Positions 38,869 to 52,242 of a stretch of DNA of 64,000 nucleotides are shown here, in pieces; positions within the stretch are counted from its first letter, which is position 1, and each line of letters starts with the position of its first letter. Source of the stretch: Antedon mediterranea (lineage: Eukaryota > Animalia > Echinodermata); contig NC_092670.1 of assembly GCF_964355755.1 (NCBI RefSeq), forward strand, positions 4,764,201 through 4,828,200, read 5' to 3'. A model generated the notes under the pieces. The model was given only the letters and a program-made list of their open reading frames with translations. It had not been told where the DNA came from and searched no databases. The translations under genes were made by a program, and so were the position numbers.

Positions 38869-39649
38869 ACAGCAACCAAAGCAATTTTAACAACCAGTGC
38901 CGCTGATGTTCTTAACTATAATATTATGTAGAAGATGAAACAAGCGCCGCATCAATGTATGTATGTAAACGCCGTAGGCTTAAAGTGGCTACAAAAATGA
39001 ATAGTGCTAGCTGCATGGATTTTGGCTGCTGAGTACCCACTGGTGCTTTTCATATGTCCCGCCAAAAGCTAAAAAACGAAGATATTAAAAAAAATAAACA
39101 AAACAATAATTTCAAAAGCGTTAATATCCTCCACAAAGGCCCAATGCCGAATCACATCATTTATTATTTAGACATTCACTATATAGAACATTGTTGAAAA
39201 GCCATGGATACACAAGACCAACACACGAAAATTATGATTATCAAATGTATGTATTAACATTTAACATGCCCTTATATACGTACCATTATTATAGAAAGTG
39301 GTTATATCTATCAAAGTCAGGGCCATAATAGGCCTAACTGTGGAACGAAACGTTTTACAAAAGTTTACAAAGCGACCAGGCGTTTATTTGATCATTTCTT
39401 GATAGCAATGTACATTTTTCTGCATATTTTGTATTATCTTTTTAGCCACGTAGACAAGGTACCACAGCCAAGCAGATCTAAATTATACAATTTGTGGCTT
39501 AAGTTGGCAAACTTTTAAAGTTCTTAAAGTGTAATATTGCAGTTATATCCATACCATAGATTTTGTGTAACAGCTTTATAATTTGTATGTAGAACTTTAC
39601 TGATATCGTTTTTCTCTTTAAGTTAATCAATTCTAATATAATTAATACT

Positions 39650-40138
39650 GACAATTTATTTAATATTCGTAATCCACAACGTGTTACTCGTAGCTCTTCT
39701 TCTGTTGGTACTCTTTTTGATATTCGTCGCTGCATGCAGGACTGAATCTTCTTTTCAATCATATATCCCACGTGTTACCAGAATTTGGAATAACTTTCCC
39801 GGTGAAATACGCAACTTAGATATTTCTATCTTAGATATTAATTCTTTTAAAACCAAATTATTAAATTATCTCAATATTTATTTTTTAAATCATTTTGATA
39901 TTGAAAATGTGTGTAGTTGGTCGCTTTCTTGTAGATGCTTTAATTGTAGAACGTAATAGGCCTATTATTTATGTATTTATCTCTTTCTTTCTGTGCTCTG
40001 TATGTTCTGGGTTGACCAACTATAGCATAGGTGTTTAGCACCTGTTTGGTCTTTTCTTGCTCCCTTTATAATTGTTTTGTTGTCTTCTTTGTATTGTATA
40101 TGACAGAAAATTGAATAAATAAAAAAATAAAAAATAAA
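39650..40138 (+). mobile_element. CR1/L2-type LINE 3' fragment
   Basis: RTESSFQSYIPRVTRIWNNFP...SFKTKL C-terminal motif; A-rich tail AATAAATAAAAAAATAAAAAATAAA. Confidence 0.7.
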
Positions 40139-42004
40139 TTAAGTACAACTATCGATCTCTTTAAAACTATAGAGAGATTACCAGTAAAATCTTGATATTT
40201 TTACTACAACATTTTACTTATTTAGTATATGTAAATTAGATCAGGAAAATTAATACCAATGCATGGTAAATATTTTAAAATTGATAATCAAAATCTGTGA
40301 GTGATTACTTTTTCGTAATTACGAATCTTAGTAGGCTACTGGACGAATAGAATGTGTTGTGATTTATGCAAACAGAGTCGTACACGAAGCAACAACCACA
40401 AATTTAAAATAAAAGATCTTAACAAATAACTAAAATTAAATAATAATAAAGAGCTTAACTAATTGTTCATCTTTTATTTATTTTTATTTTATATTTATTA
40501 TGATTATCAATTTTATATATATAATTTCATTATCGTTAGTAATTTATATTTTTCTGAAAATTAAGGTATTGTATTTCTCTTAAAAGCATAATTTGTTTGT
40601 ACATAATCATTTAATTCATTAATTTATTAACAGAAAAAGAACTTTAAAAGATGGCAGGCCAACAACTAAGTCAGTCACATGTTATAGTTTTCATGTTTGA
40701 AAGTGTGAATAATAGACAACAGAACAAGAAGAATTGAACTGGAAATCTCCAAATTTGAGAGGATCTGGGAAAAAATCTATGCATACTAGTTAGTAAAAGA
40801 AAACAAATCGTAGCTGATGTCATTGTGAAATACCTTAGGTCTGTAAGTCTTTATTAATAAATGTTAAACTTTTATAGTCATTTGTTTGTGTACTCTTTAT
40901 ATAACTTAATAGTAATTTAATTACAACTTAAACGTTTGTTGTTATTTTTCATTTTGTCTGAGTCGTCAGTTTTTTTACTTTTATTCACTTTTATTATGTT
41001 TAAACAATCAATATAACACGCTGTAGACGATTGCATTTTATATACATCTAGTTAAATCCATGTCATTTGACGATTGCAGGTCACATGGTGTGCAATAGTA
41101 TATAAATAATGAATGATACGAGTGTAATGGTATAAAATAATGACATGAGGTGAATGATGAAAGGTTATATTTCAACGAGGCCACTCACTAACTCACGAAA
41201 AATATTAAACTTTGTGTAATGTTATTATCAAACTGTAATTGGTGCCTTGCACGGTTGGTTGTAAGATTCAAGCATAAAAACAGAATAAACAAGAAATATT
41301 TCTTACAAAAAACGCCGCGTAACTTTCTGACTGGACAGTTGTAAGAACAGTCTTCATTAATTTAATATAATAGGTCGGCCAATCAAAACGCAAGTGAACA
41401 ATTGGGACTTTACTTGTGATTTATGTCATTGGCCTGTCAGCACAGTCGTTTCTTTCTAGAATTAAACGCACAAACTTGTATTGGGAATAATTTATGTTTA
41501 TGTGGTTATTACTATCGCATTTAGGTATTGATAATAATAATAATATGGCTTTTGAATATATAATTACTGTCTGTAGAATAACATTTATACATTTTCGGTT
41601 CGCGATGAAAAGTTATATGAATGGGTATTTATAATAATAGTATGGGTTGTATTATTGCTAAGCTATCACCAAATCGCGTTATACCATTATTTCTCAGGGT
41701 TTTTTGCACCATTGATCAATACCAAACGCTTATCGGTATTATAGTTTTTAATGAATCATTACATTAATAAAAATACCCAATTAAATCAATCGCGTCAGTC
41801 CAATTCCGACTTATGTTTCGATCACATAGTTCTGTGTCTACACTGTCCCAACTAGTTTAACAAAAAAAGTGTGATGTGCCCAAATATGGTAGTGATATGC
41901 CCGAATATCGTAGTGGACATCGTCATGTCTATATAATATGGGCACATCATATTTAGTTTGATAGTATAGACAGAGCTTAAGGATTATATTTAAAAAATGT
42001 TTTC

Positions 42005-43110
42005 TTACATTTTGAAAAAAAGTATTTATTTGTTTATAAGCCCAATTTTCCAGTCTTAATTTTACATTTTGAAAAAAAAGTATGTTATTTGTTGATAAGC
42101 CCAATTGTGCAGTCTTATTTTACATTTTGAATGAAAGTATTTATTTGTTGATAAGCCCAATTTTGCAGTCTTATTTTACATTTTAAACGAAAGTATTTAT
42201 TTGTTGATAAGCCGAATTTCCAGTTTAATAATAATGACCCCTTCCACAGTGCTTATACCATATACATTTTACATGATATTGACCGTGGGTTCTTTACGCC
42301 TCTGATGCATTTGTTTTTATTGTACCTTTTTTTTAATAAATTATTATATGTTTAGGCCTAATCACACCCAATTTAATGAAACGGTCAGATTCCGATTTCA
42401 ATTGAACGAAAGTAGTACTGTATTTAATATTCATTGATAAGAAGCCAAGGGTCCCATGGCGTTAGCCGATATCTTGAGCATTTGACTCATGTGTCAACCT
42501 GTAACACAAATCATTCTTCAAAATCTAAAGAAAGAACCTCACACGTCTTTTTTGTGAGTGATACACTATGGATATGCTCACGGAAATAATATGTGGACAT
42601 TGCAAACAATCATAGGCCTACAGTAACAAACATAACATGGCTAATAAGCATAACATTCAGACTTGTTTGTTTTCTAGTGGATTTTTATTTACTTTAGCAT
42701 GTAGAATAAAACTAGTAACAGTGGCTATATTAATAATTATTATACTGATTATTCTTGATGTTATCGCGTCTAATAATAAAATATTTTGTTGTTGATAAGC
42801 CCAATTTTTCAGCCTTGATTTTAGATTTTGAACGAAAGTATTTATTTGTTGATAAGCCCAATTTTGCAGTCTTAATAATGACTCTTCCACAGTGCATTTT
42901 ACATGATATTGACCGAGGGTTTTTACGCCTCTATAGCCACTTATATATACCACAATTAATGTACTTTTTAAAATGAATATTGAAATGTTTCAACATACCC
43001 AATTTAAAAAAACGGTCCGTTTTCGAGTTCAATCTTTTGATTAGAGAGGTTGGAGTTTCATTTTGAACGAAAGTATTTATTTGATTGATAAGCCAAATTT
43101 CTAGTCCTAA
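42005..43110. repeat. Tandem repeat family of about 59 bp with local duplication
   Basis: TATTTGTTGATAAGCCCAATTTTGCAGTCTT units at 42020-42230, 42785-42880 and 43070-43110; flanks 42230-42400 resemble 42875-43030. Confidence 0.8.
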
Positions 43111-43386
43111 TGATTTGAGATTCAACGGGTTTTGCTTTCAATTGTATAATAATATAATTATATATATATATATAAATATAATATTAAGTATAATTATGAA
43201 TTCACCAACACTTTCAGGCCCAATAACAATGATCCCGGGCCCGAGTTTTTGTAGACCGGACTTCCATGCACAGCCACATGTTAAGGAATATGAATCTCTT
43301 TATGATTTTAATATGGTTCGAAATGATATTACACAACAACGATTAGACAGCAACTGTGCAAGAGTCCAACTAATAAAATCGGAATG

Positions 43387-43713
43387 ATCAATACACTAGG
43401 ACGATAACGATCGACGATAAATAGACAAATGTGCATTTTTAATACATAAACCAAAAGAAATATAAACACGTCCAATCAAATAACGTCATGATTAGTAAGA
43501 CCAATAATATCGTGACAATACAGCGATTTTATTTTTTTAATTTATCATGACGTCATTTGATTGGAATTTGAAAAACATTATTTTTATCAAAGACAGCATA
43601 AATGATTATCCTATAGGTCTAGAACGAAAACCTTTCTAATTTCTTTTGGTTTATGTAAAAAAAATGCATGCTATATATTTATCGTCCGTCGTTATCGTCA
43701 TAGTGTAATTGAT
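43387..43713. mobile_element. Degenerate MITE with inverted arms of about 75 bp
   Basis: ATCAATACACTAGGACGATAACGA..CGATAAATA...CATAAACCAAAAGAAAT has its reverse complement at 43639-43713. Confidence 0.7.
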
Positions 43714-44784
43714 TACGAAGTTACATGTCATTTTCACCTATCACCAAAAAACTAACCTTTTCAACACTAATTAATTGTTACGAAGCCAATTTATATTATA
43801 TATTTCATTAAAATTGAACTTTACGGTAAATGAAGAGTAAGTATCAGTTAATATGAATAATATAACTAGTAGGTCTATGAACTTGCGTCCAGACACAGAA
43901 CTGTGACATTACTATCATAAATGTTGAAACCACTTATAAAACCTTTTTTTAAAGAAAATATAATTGTGTTAGGAGAAGGCTAATAAACAAAATTATAGAT
44001 AATGTACAAACCTTTTTCTGGATTAATTAATGGAGCAGGCGTTCCTAATAATCTGTTGCTGCTACCTAGACTGATTGTTCACCTTCTGACGATAATTGAT
44101 TGGCCCCCCCCCCCCCCCCCACGGCATCTGATAACCAAACAAAATTTACCAGGACTGTTTCAATGATTTAATATCTGACGGCGTATTATTATAACATTGG
44201 CCTAGATTGACAGTCAAAAGAAGTCATTCTAAATACCTCCCTTTATGTTGACAGAGCCAAAATAAAGTTTTGACCATTATCGAATGATTGTTTGACAGTG
44301 ACTTATTATAATACCGGCCTGGTTGACAGCAAAAACGAAGAAGATTTTACAGATTTCCGTCTACATCTCAATAATAATGTATTATCAGCAAAGGCTTTCA
44401 TATAGACTCTCTTCTCCCAGACGTTTTTTGGGTCCAGCAGCTACCTATAAATTATAGTCGAGTTTCCAAATTCACAAAACTGTCAGCCTTAGATACTAAA
44501 GCTACCGCTATGAAACAGCTTATTAATGAATGTGTCCTCCTGGGACATAGCTGGCTAGAGCCGCGGCGCGAAAACAACCATGAGTAGTTTTAGTCACGTT
44601 TAAAGATGAATTAATACTGTAAGTGCCAAATCCAAGTTAGGTATACTGTGCTTGTGTTCACTGAAGGGTGTCAAGTGAACAGGTGACCAACCATATGGGT
44701 TATGCTAATGAGGGCATAGCTTGCTTGGGCTGTGGCTGGCAGTTGGATAGTAAGGCTTGTTGGGTAAGGACCTAGCAAGCACAA

Positions 44785-44920
44785 AAGGCTTACTTAGAAG
44801 CCTATAGAAGTGGTAGATGTACCAAGGCTTACTTAGAAGCATATAGAAGTGGTAGATGTACCAAGGCTTACTTAGAAGCCTATAGAAGTGGTAGATGTAC
44901 CAAGGCTTACTTAGAAGCCT
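44785..44920. repeat. 39-bp tandem repeat, about 3.5 copies
   Basis: AAGGCTTACTTAGAAGCCTATAGAAGTGGTAGATGTACC. Confidence 0.92.
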
Positions 44921-45408
44921 AAAGCTGTAATACAGTAGTAATTGATATAGTGTATAGCTATAGCTGCACATGTTATCCAGGCATATCTTTGGTAAGCAAT
45001 TGAGACTTATCTTATTATTATTATTATTATAGTTGTAATTATTTTAAACCAAGAATTATTTATATTGTATTGTTTTATCTATGACTTATTTAGATACTTA
45101 TGTAAGGTCTATTATTATTGTATAGAATTATTTATGTTGTACTGTATGATAGATACCGTATATATTATTTGTAATCATTATTTATGTGTTATAGTAAATC
45201 GGATCAAGTCGGAGAACAATTAAATTCCGCATTTGCAAGAAACTTGTTTGTGCAGTTATAAATACTTAATTTTTAAAAAATGTTTCACGTTCTGTTCCCC
45301 ACCCCCCTGTAAAAAAAGAATAGCACGGGCGATACCATTTTGACTAGGTAACTGCAGTGACAATTCCGAAATTCTGCCCTCTATTATCCTTCACAAAAAA
45401 TATTGATT

Positions 45409-46866
45409 GGAAAATCCCAATATCATAATTATAGTAGGCACTGAGGTGCCATTAAACGGATAGGCTACTCTCATTATTGGCTGCAATGTATACAACAAGG
45501 GAGGTTTACCCGCTCAACAATAACTGTGTGGACGTCCGCAGGTAAGTAATATTATTTTTAGGCCTACAAACCCAAATTCCAACGGAGTGTATAGGCTAAG
45601 CAGGCACATTACCGTACATAACTAAGCCTAACAGTCCCGCTAACAGTACATCTCGATCAAACAGTGGTGACATCGAAGCGTGGAAAGGGCTATGCTCCAC
45701 ATTGTTTTTCTTATTATCTTTTCCCGGTGGATTTTAGGAGATCAAAAACATTTTTTTTAATCATACATTTTTACAGTAAAACTTGTTCTCATACGACTCT
45801 CCGTTTAGGAGTTACGATTTTGTAATTAACATGGTGTCCGGAAATACTACAAACGCTATAAGATTTTGTTTTATTTAACGCTTGGCTGGTCCAAAAATAA
45901 ATACGCAATGACCCAAATACCCCCCCCCCCCTCCACCCCTCTTTGACAGATCCTGGCTACGGCCCTCGGGTCCTACTAGGCGCATAGGCGATCGCGAATA
46001 TAGGGTATAATATGGGGAATTCCCTAATATCGATCGGAGTCGGTGGTGCATGAAACGAAAAACAAACAATGGAATTTCCATATTATTTGTCATCGACATT
46101 GGATCGGTAATGGGTATTTTCCATTGCATATTAATAACTTGGTAAGTTAGTTATGTCGATCTTCATGGACCTCCAAGATTACTACAACCTGTTAATTTGC
46201 GATTTTAACTGCATTTGAAGACAATAAGTACAAAGTAACTAAATGATTATTCAACTACATAATTCGAATAAATCTGCAGCATGCATACAGTTCATGCTTT
46301 GCTGCTGTAATTTTTTTTAGGCGGATCTAAGATGATGTGGAGGGTGTGGCATGGGTTCCAAGAGCAAACCCGGCCCAGGGGTTTCAAGGGCCCATGTGGT
46401 GTGGGGGTCATTTCAATCAGTTTACTGGCACATAGGCCTAAATCTGATCAATTTCCGTTTGATTAGATAGTAGGGTATTATAAGTTTTAGGTCTTACTTT
46501 ACTTAATTAATACTATATCATAATTATTATTTATGAACAACTATTGAAGAAACTATATTAGAGATTGGGTGTTGTTGGACCTGGACCCGCCCCTGACGAA
46601 TTAAACAAACATATCTCAACTGTGAACAAATTCCTTGGGATTAATGATACGATTTTCTCTAGAATAATTAATATTGGTAGCAGTTTACATTACTCTGATT
46701 TCTACTGACAAATGTTCACGAAGATTGTTCAGAATATAATTATAATTGCTTAATATTGATCAGAGTTAGTGATGCGTGAAACAAAACAAAAAAACATTAA
46801 ACCAAAGGGAATTTCCATATTTTCTATTATTGTCATTGGTATTTTTTGGGTACAGTGGGATTTTCC
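45409..46866. promoter_or_regulatory. Cluster of NF-kB-like sites upstream of copy 5
   Basis: GGAAAATCCC 45409, GGGGAATTCCC 46014, TGGAATTTCC 46070, GGGTATTTTCC 46112, GGGAATTTCC 46807, GGGATTTTCC 46857; IRF-like GAAACGAAA 46052. Confidence 0.5.
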
Positions 46867-47407
46867 ATTACATTAGGCCTATTTACTTTTAATAGTAATG
46901 ATATGGTGAAGTTATCTCAATCTTCATGGACATTCATTACAGCAACCTGTGATTTTGCGATTTAAACTGAAGTTGTAAGAACAATAAGTAATAGTCATAG
47001 AACATAATGCAAAGAAAATTGATCTTGCTTCGAGAGTGCATACTTGATGCTCAGTATTTAGCCTCGTACTGGTGGTAATTATCTCTGTTGTTGAGTAAAA
47101 TATGCTTTTCGCGCCGCAGCTTTAGCCAGCTATGTCCCAAGAGGACACGCTCATTCAGAAGCTATATCAAGCGGTAGCTATAGTTCTAGAGGCTGACGTT
47201 TTTGATAATTTGTAAACTAGGACGGGTCATGATCAAATTACAAACCCCCAATATATCTTTAAAACTCAACAAGCGAGCGGCGTTTTTTTGTAAGAAATAT
47301 TTCTTGTTTAAATACATTAATATTCATTATGCACATTCAATAAAATATGAACACAGACGTTTTATTTTTATTTTTTTAATACGTTTGTTTTCTTGCAGCA
47401 CCAAGAC

Positions 47408-48319
47408 ATGATGTCAATAAGAATATATATTATGTTGGTGTGCCAATGCGTTTTTTTGACCCAAGCTGATAATTTTACTGCAGTAGTTGGAACTGTTTTT
47501 GAAGTAAGAACTAGCTTCAATGATACACTTATGGTTAACAACTATACCACCAGAGTTATAAGAAACAATAAATACACTGATGGTGACTTAGATATAACTT
47601 TAAATCATAACAATACTTGTTTAAAATACACATTACGCCAAGTGAAGAAAACCAACGATGGGAGATATAAGATCATCCTGAAAGACTTCAAAACTCATTT
47701 AAAATTTGAATTTTCACTCTCTGTCGAAGAGGCAAGAACTGACAATACCTCGGCTATCGAGTTGAAATCTACAAACACTTTTTCCACACATAACGCTGCT
47801 CTCAGATGTGAATTAAAAATCAATTTTCTTTGCAAGGAAATATCTGGTAAAGCAATCCTTGTTCGCGAAAATGACATAATAGACTGTGCTTTAACAACTA
47901 ATAATTGTAATATTACTTATTACGAAGAGAAAGCAGTGTTAACGTTTGTTAGTGTGACAAACGAGACTCAAGGCAAGTATTTACTCAAATGTGGTTCAAA
48001 TGGCGATACTTATAATTATCTTTATAAATTTAAGATCGTTGTCAACAACAGCTCGCCGTGTAGTTACCAACATACAGTAGGCCTACCCAATTCGTCACTG
48101 GAAATTGGTACAAACCAAACGGACAATTATTCAAGTAAGGATTTCGACTACTCCGACTCGCCTATTCAAAAGAATACGGTTATTATAATCGTATTCTTAG
48201 CTTTATGTTGTGTTGTCCTACTGGCTTTTATTATAGCAGCGGCTATTTACATTAAACGACGTAGGCATGACAAGCGCACTAATGATGTGCCTAAAAATGA
48301 AACTGGTACACAACTCTAG
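47408..48319 (+). CDS. Type I membrane protein with two Ig-like domains (cluster copy 5), 303 aa; closest paralog of copy 3
   Basis: Acceptor TTCTTGCAG ends 47398. Shares DNFTAVV, YTDGDL, EART, LRC.LK..FLC, NCNITY, YKFKIVVNNSSPC and ALCC with copy 3. TM present; tail ends GTQL; AATAAA at 48341. Confidence 0.9.
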   Translation: MMSIRIYIMLVCQCVFLTQADNFTAVVGTVFEVRTSFNDTLMVNNYTTRVIRNNKYTDGDLDITLNHNNTCLKYTLRQVKKTNDGRYKIILKDFKTHLKFEFSLSVEEARTDNTSAIELKSTNTFSTHNAALRCELKINFLCKEISGKAILVRENDIIDCALTTNNCNITYYEEKAVLTFVSVTNETQGKYLLKCGSNGDTYNYLYKFKIVVNNSSPCSYQHTVGLPNSSLEIGTNQTDNYSSKDFDYSDSPIQKNTVIIIVFLALCCVVLLAFIIAAAIYIKRRRHDKRTNDVPKNETGTQL

Positions 48320-50656
48320 TGTATTGTATTACTTGATCTAAATAAAACGCATTTCCACGATATCCTAATGGACAGATGAAACCTGTGTGGAGTTGTCTGA
48401 TGACGCTGTTCACGCTTGTTGATCATAATTTGACAGTAGGCCTACATACGTCCGCCACCAACATCTGTGTTACAACCAAGAAGAACAATTACCCAATCCA
48501 GGTACACAACGCGAAATAATATTGATAAAATGCACCTGTACCAGTATGCGTCACAGATAACGTAGACCACAGATCACATGTGGAACAGCCAGTGCTGCTG
48601 CTGTTGGTGGTAGAAGCGTCCGATTCCGAGTGCTGTACGTATCTCCACATATGACAACAATATTTTGTCAAGTTTCATATAATCAAAATTCGTGATATCT
48701 GTTTCTTTTAGTGCTAATATAATATATTTAAGCGGCTTTCACATCGCGGCCGGATTCGGTACGACACCGAGGAAAATATCGTGAGGGTTGAGAGAGTGCT
48801 TTCAGATCGAGCACGAATTAGGTTATCCAGTGTCAAACGAGGTCATTCATGCTCACAAAAAATGAATCGTAAAATTTCAGCAAATATATGGCCTCTTTAA
48901 TCCATCGCTCAGATTTCCGAATCGGATTCACGATCCTATGCTTTACCACTGAACCTATTTTCCAACAATATTTTTCTTATTTTTCTCATTTTTCTCTTCC
49001 GAATCCGTTGGGATCCAATAACCAAACTTCCAACATTGTATCACCTTGTCAACTAATGTTGATGAATGGAATATAAATGCTAAAACTAAAATTTACGAAT
49101 ATATCAAAATAAAATAGGATACTTAGATAATTAGTGTTGTTTCAGTGCTAGAACCTTTTTTCAGTGGTTAGGGAATTTTAAGCCTCCTATTTTTGCTCAA
49201 AATATACATATTTCTTTTCTGTAGCCTTATACAGTATACACATTCCTTGTCATTATTCCAACATTTGTTATACTGGACATTTGTCCTTTTGTTTTTTGTC
49301 TGGTTGTACAATATTTATTCCATGGATGTCTCTCTGGTTTTCACTCGGGCTCAACTTTAATAGAAAACAAACTCCCTAGCTACTGTAAATGTTGCTATTT
49401 GAAAATTGGACCAGAACCAATTTGCCAGTAAAAATTAGATAATTTCATGAAAAAATGCCATTATAAATGTAAATATTGGTAAATTGTATAAGATTAGCTA
49501 TTCTTTTCTATGTTGTTTATTGTATAGTAAAGTAAAGTTGGTCCACACACAAAACGGCCTATCCTTTACCATTGTGTAATTTGATAATACCACCAATTAC
49601 CTATAGCTGGCAAAGTTTGACAGCCTTGTTCTTGCATTGGGCATTCACATTCATTTTGCCAATTACAATTTCTACCTCTCATAAGACAATATTACAAGTA
49701 AAAGATGAGAAATGTTATTCCCGGAGCCCACCTTTAAGTTGTAAAATTAGAGGATACGATACAGATGATACTGGGCAATAATTTATTCACGTAGTTATTA
49801 ACAGGACCACAGTGGAATAATTAGAATAAGCGTCCCTCTTGATTAGGTGTTATCGTATATAGTATTAAAATATATATTTCCCCACGTTTTTTTCACGAGA
49901 AAGTGTCCCTTAATAGGGTTTTCTCTGAGTAGTAATAAATAATAATATAATAATAATCTCACTATTCTCACATTACACATTAAGCGAGTTATATTAATTA
50001 AATTAAACTTATAAACCTTAAATATGAAGTTTGATCTTCATGTATGAATAATAATTGAGATTAAGCGACAATAAGAGAATCGGACCTGAAAGATTAAACA
50101 TAGGTCTAGACTAAATTAGTATTATCACGGAGCTTGGCAGTTTCCAGTTTCGTGATTACAAAAACCACAACCAGACCAACGAGTTGGTTCTTATCATAGT
50201 TATCTGATTACCTGAAATAATTATTTGGCCTATGTTTGTTTACTGTACATTATATTATCGCTTCTTGAAATTAATTGATCTTATGGGTTTATTATAAAAT
50301 CCGTTTATGTCAGATTTATGCCCATTTTTACGCACCGATCTAAAACGTTTTAAAAACAAAATTTAGCATTATTTGTTTGGTAAAAATCGTAACATATTAC
50401 CGTATGCCCACTGTGTATTTACTTTATAGCATTTTTGCTCACTGATTTGATGTTATGTTTTGAAACTGTTTTTATCGAACGTCAAGTAACCACAACTGAT
50501 CGCTATATGAAATAGAGATCATAGCTAAATCTTGACGTTTGTTAATTCATTACAAATTGTAATAATGTATATATGCTAAATTAGTTTTATAATTATGAAC
50601 ATGGAATACTTTAAGATTAGACAGTATTTTACCTGAGACTATTCAAAATAATACTA

Positions 50657-50818
50657 AAGCCGATCTTCCACTAGGCGAATTTGTTCGCGCGAATCGAAAG
50701 CGTCAGCTTATACGCAAGCGTAGATAGGGATTTTGGAAGATGGAAACATGAATACGCATGCGTATAAGCTGACGCTTTCGATTCGCGCAAACAAATTCGC
50801 CTAGTGAAAAATCAGCTT
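50657..50818. mobile_element. Harbinger-like MITE (near-perfect hairpin)
   Basis: CACTAGGCGAATTTGTTCGCGCGAATCGAAAGCGTCAGCTTATACGCA and its reverse complement; absent at the paralogous site near 33116. Confidence 0.85.
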
Positions 50819-50952
50819 GGTGACTGATTTTTTAATTGATACATATAAATAAATAGTAGTAATACTAATACAGTAGTTGTCACTATGGAATCGAAATATG
50901 AAATAATTAGTATCTTACGAATAGAGCCGTTTCAAATGATTATCGTACATAC

Positions 50953-51135
50953 TTAAGCTTTGTTCCAATTTTCTTGGACGCAATGGAAAGACGTAAGCGA
51001 GACGCAAGTACTTTGATCACTTATCACGACCCAATGGATCGTCCAAAATTTGTTTGTGATTGATCTACTCACTTGCGTTGTGCTCCCGATTGTACCTACG
51101 TAAATGCGTTGCGTCCAAGTAGGGGCCAAGCTTAA
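50953..51135. mobile_element. Degenerate MITE
   Basis: TTAAGCTTTG..CTTGGACGCAA ... TTGCGTCCAAG..CCAAGCTTAA. Confidence 0.65.
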
Positions 51136-51309
51136 GAAGTGTGAGAAATGAAGTAATTCCTCCTCAAATAATCAGAAACAGTGTTTTTACATTAAGTGAT
51201 ATGATTATAAAAATAGTATTAGTCAAGTTAGAAATAGTATAGTAATAACATTATATATATAGTTATAACATTAAATAGGCCTACATTATTATTAGTAACA
51301 GTCATGTAT

Positions 51310-51495
51310 TCACACCTGTTCCGGCACGGTTCCGGTCCGGCGAATCGAAAATCAATGTTTCTTTTTAATAACGCTCCACGCGGCTATGCGCTAATCAATA
51401 TACGCGTAGACGCGTGAAAACGAAACATTGACGTTCGATTTGATTTTATGGCGCCGGACCGGAACCGTATCGGAACAGGTGTGACAGACCCTTTA
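51310..51495. mobile_element. MITE inside one copy of a local duplication (51200-51600 vs 51620-51828)
   Basis: TCACACCTGTTCCGGCACGGTTCCGGTCCGGCG ... CGCCGGACCGGAACCGTATCGGAACAGGTGTGA. Confidence 0.8.
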
Positions 51496-52242
51496 CAAAA
51501 GTGAATAGAGACAGAACATGAATAATGGGATTTAAAAAAAATAGAGGATCTGAAAAACCGTATATAGTCTTTATAATAATGTTAATTAAGAGTAGTCATT
51601 TAATAAAAAGTTAAAATTGTATGATTATAAAACATAGTTTTTGTCAAGTTGTTATAAATAGTATAGTTGTAATATTAGTAGGCCTACCTTATTATTAGTA
51701 ACAGTATTGTGTTCATGTTTTAAAAGTGTAAATAGATACAGAACATGAATAATAGGATTTACAAAACATAGAGGATCTGAAAAACCATATATAGTCTTTA
51801 TAATAATGTTAGTTAAGAGTAGTCATTATTGGTGCACTGGTTAATTTTAAGTACAAGAAAATATTAGCCTAGTTTCGATTTGGGGTCATACGACCTCACA
51901 AGAACTAGCAGTTTTCATTTGAATTTCTTTCCTAAATTTCTTGAATTGTTTACAGTAATTTTTTATTTAATTTTTTATGATTTGTCAGTTTAAAATAATA
52001 GAATGTCTTCCTTTCATCTTCGTTTCTTCCTCCTCGGTTAGGTCATGTCAACATTATGCTAACACAGTTACTGCAGTAACTTCAATAACGTGCGCTTTGA
52101 GTTTGTTTCTTTGTATATGTTACCGTATTTAATAAACAGTGTGTTATGATTATTCCCCATAAAAAGTTTGTTTAATAAAACACAACAGGCAAACAGTGAA
52201 ACAAATATATTGCAGTGGAATAATGTTGACATGATCCATTAA

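Larger units (their letters stand above)
44450..47225. mobile_element. Old inverted-repeat pair (about 130 bp), possible degenerate DNA transposon ends
   Basis: 44470-44575 (..TGTCCTCCTGGGACATAGCTGGCTAGAGCCGCGGCGCGAAAA) is the approximate reverse complement of 47106-47220. Confidence 0.55.
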
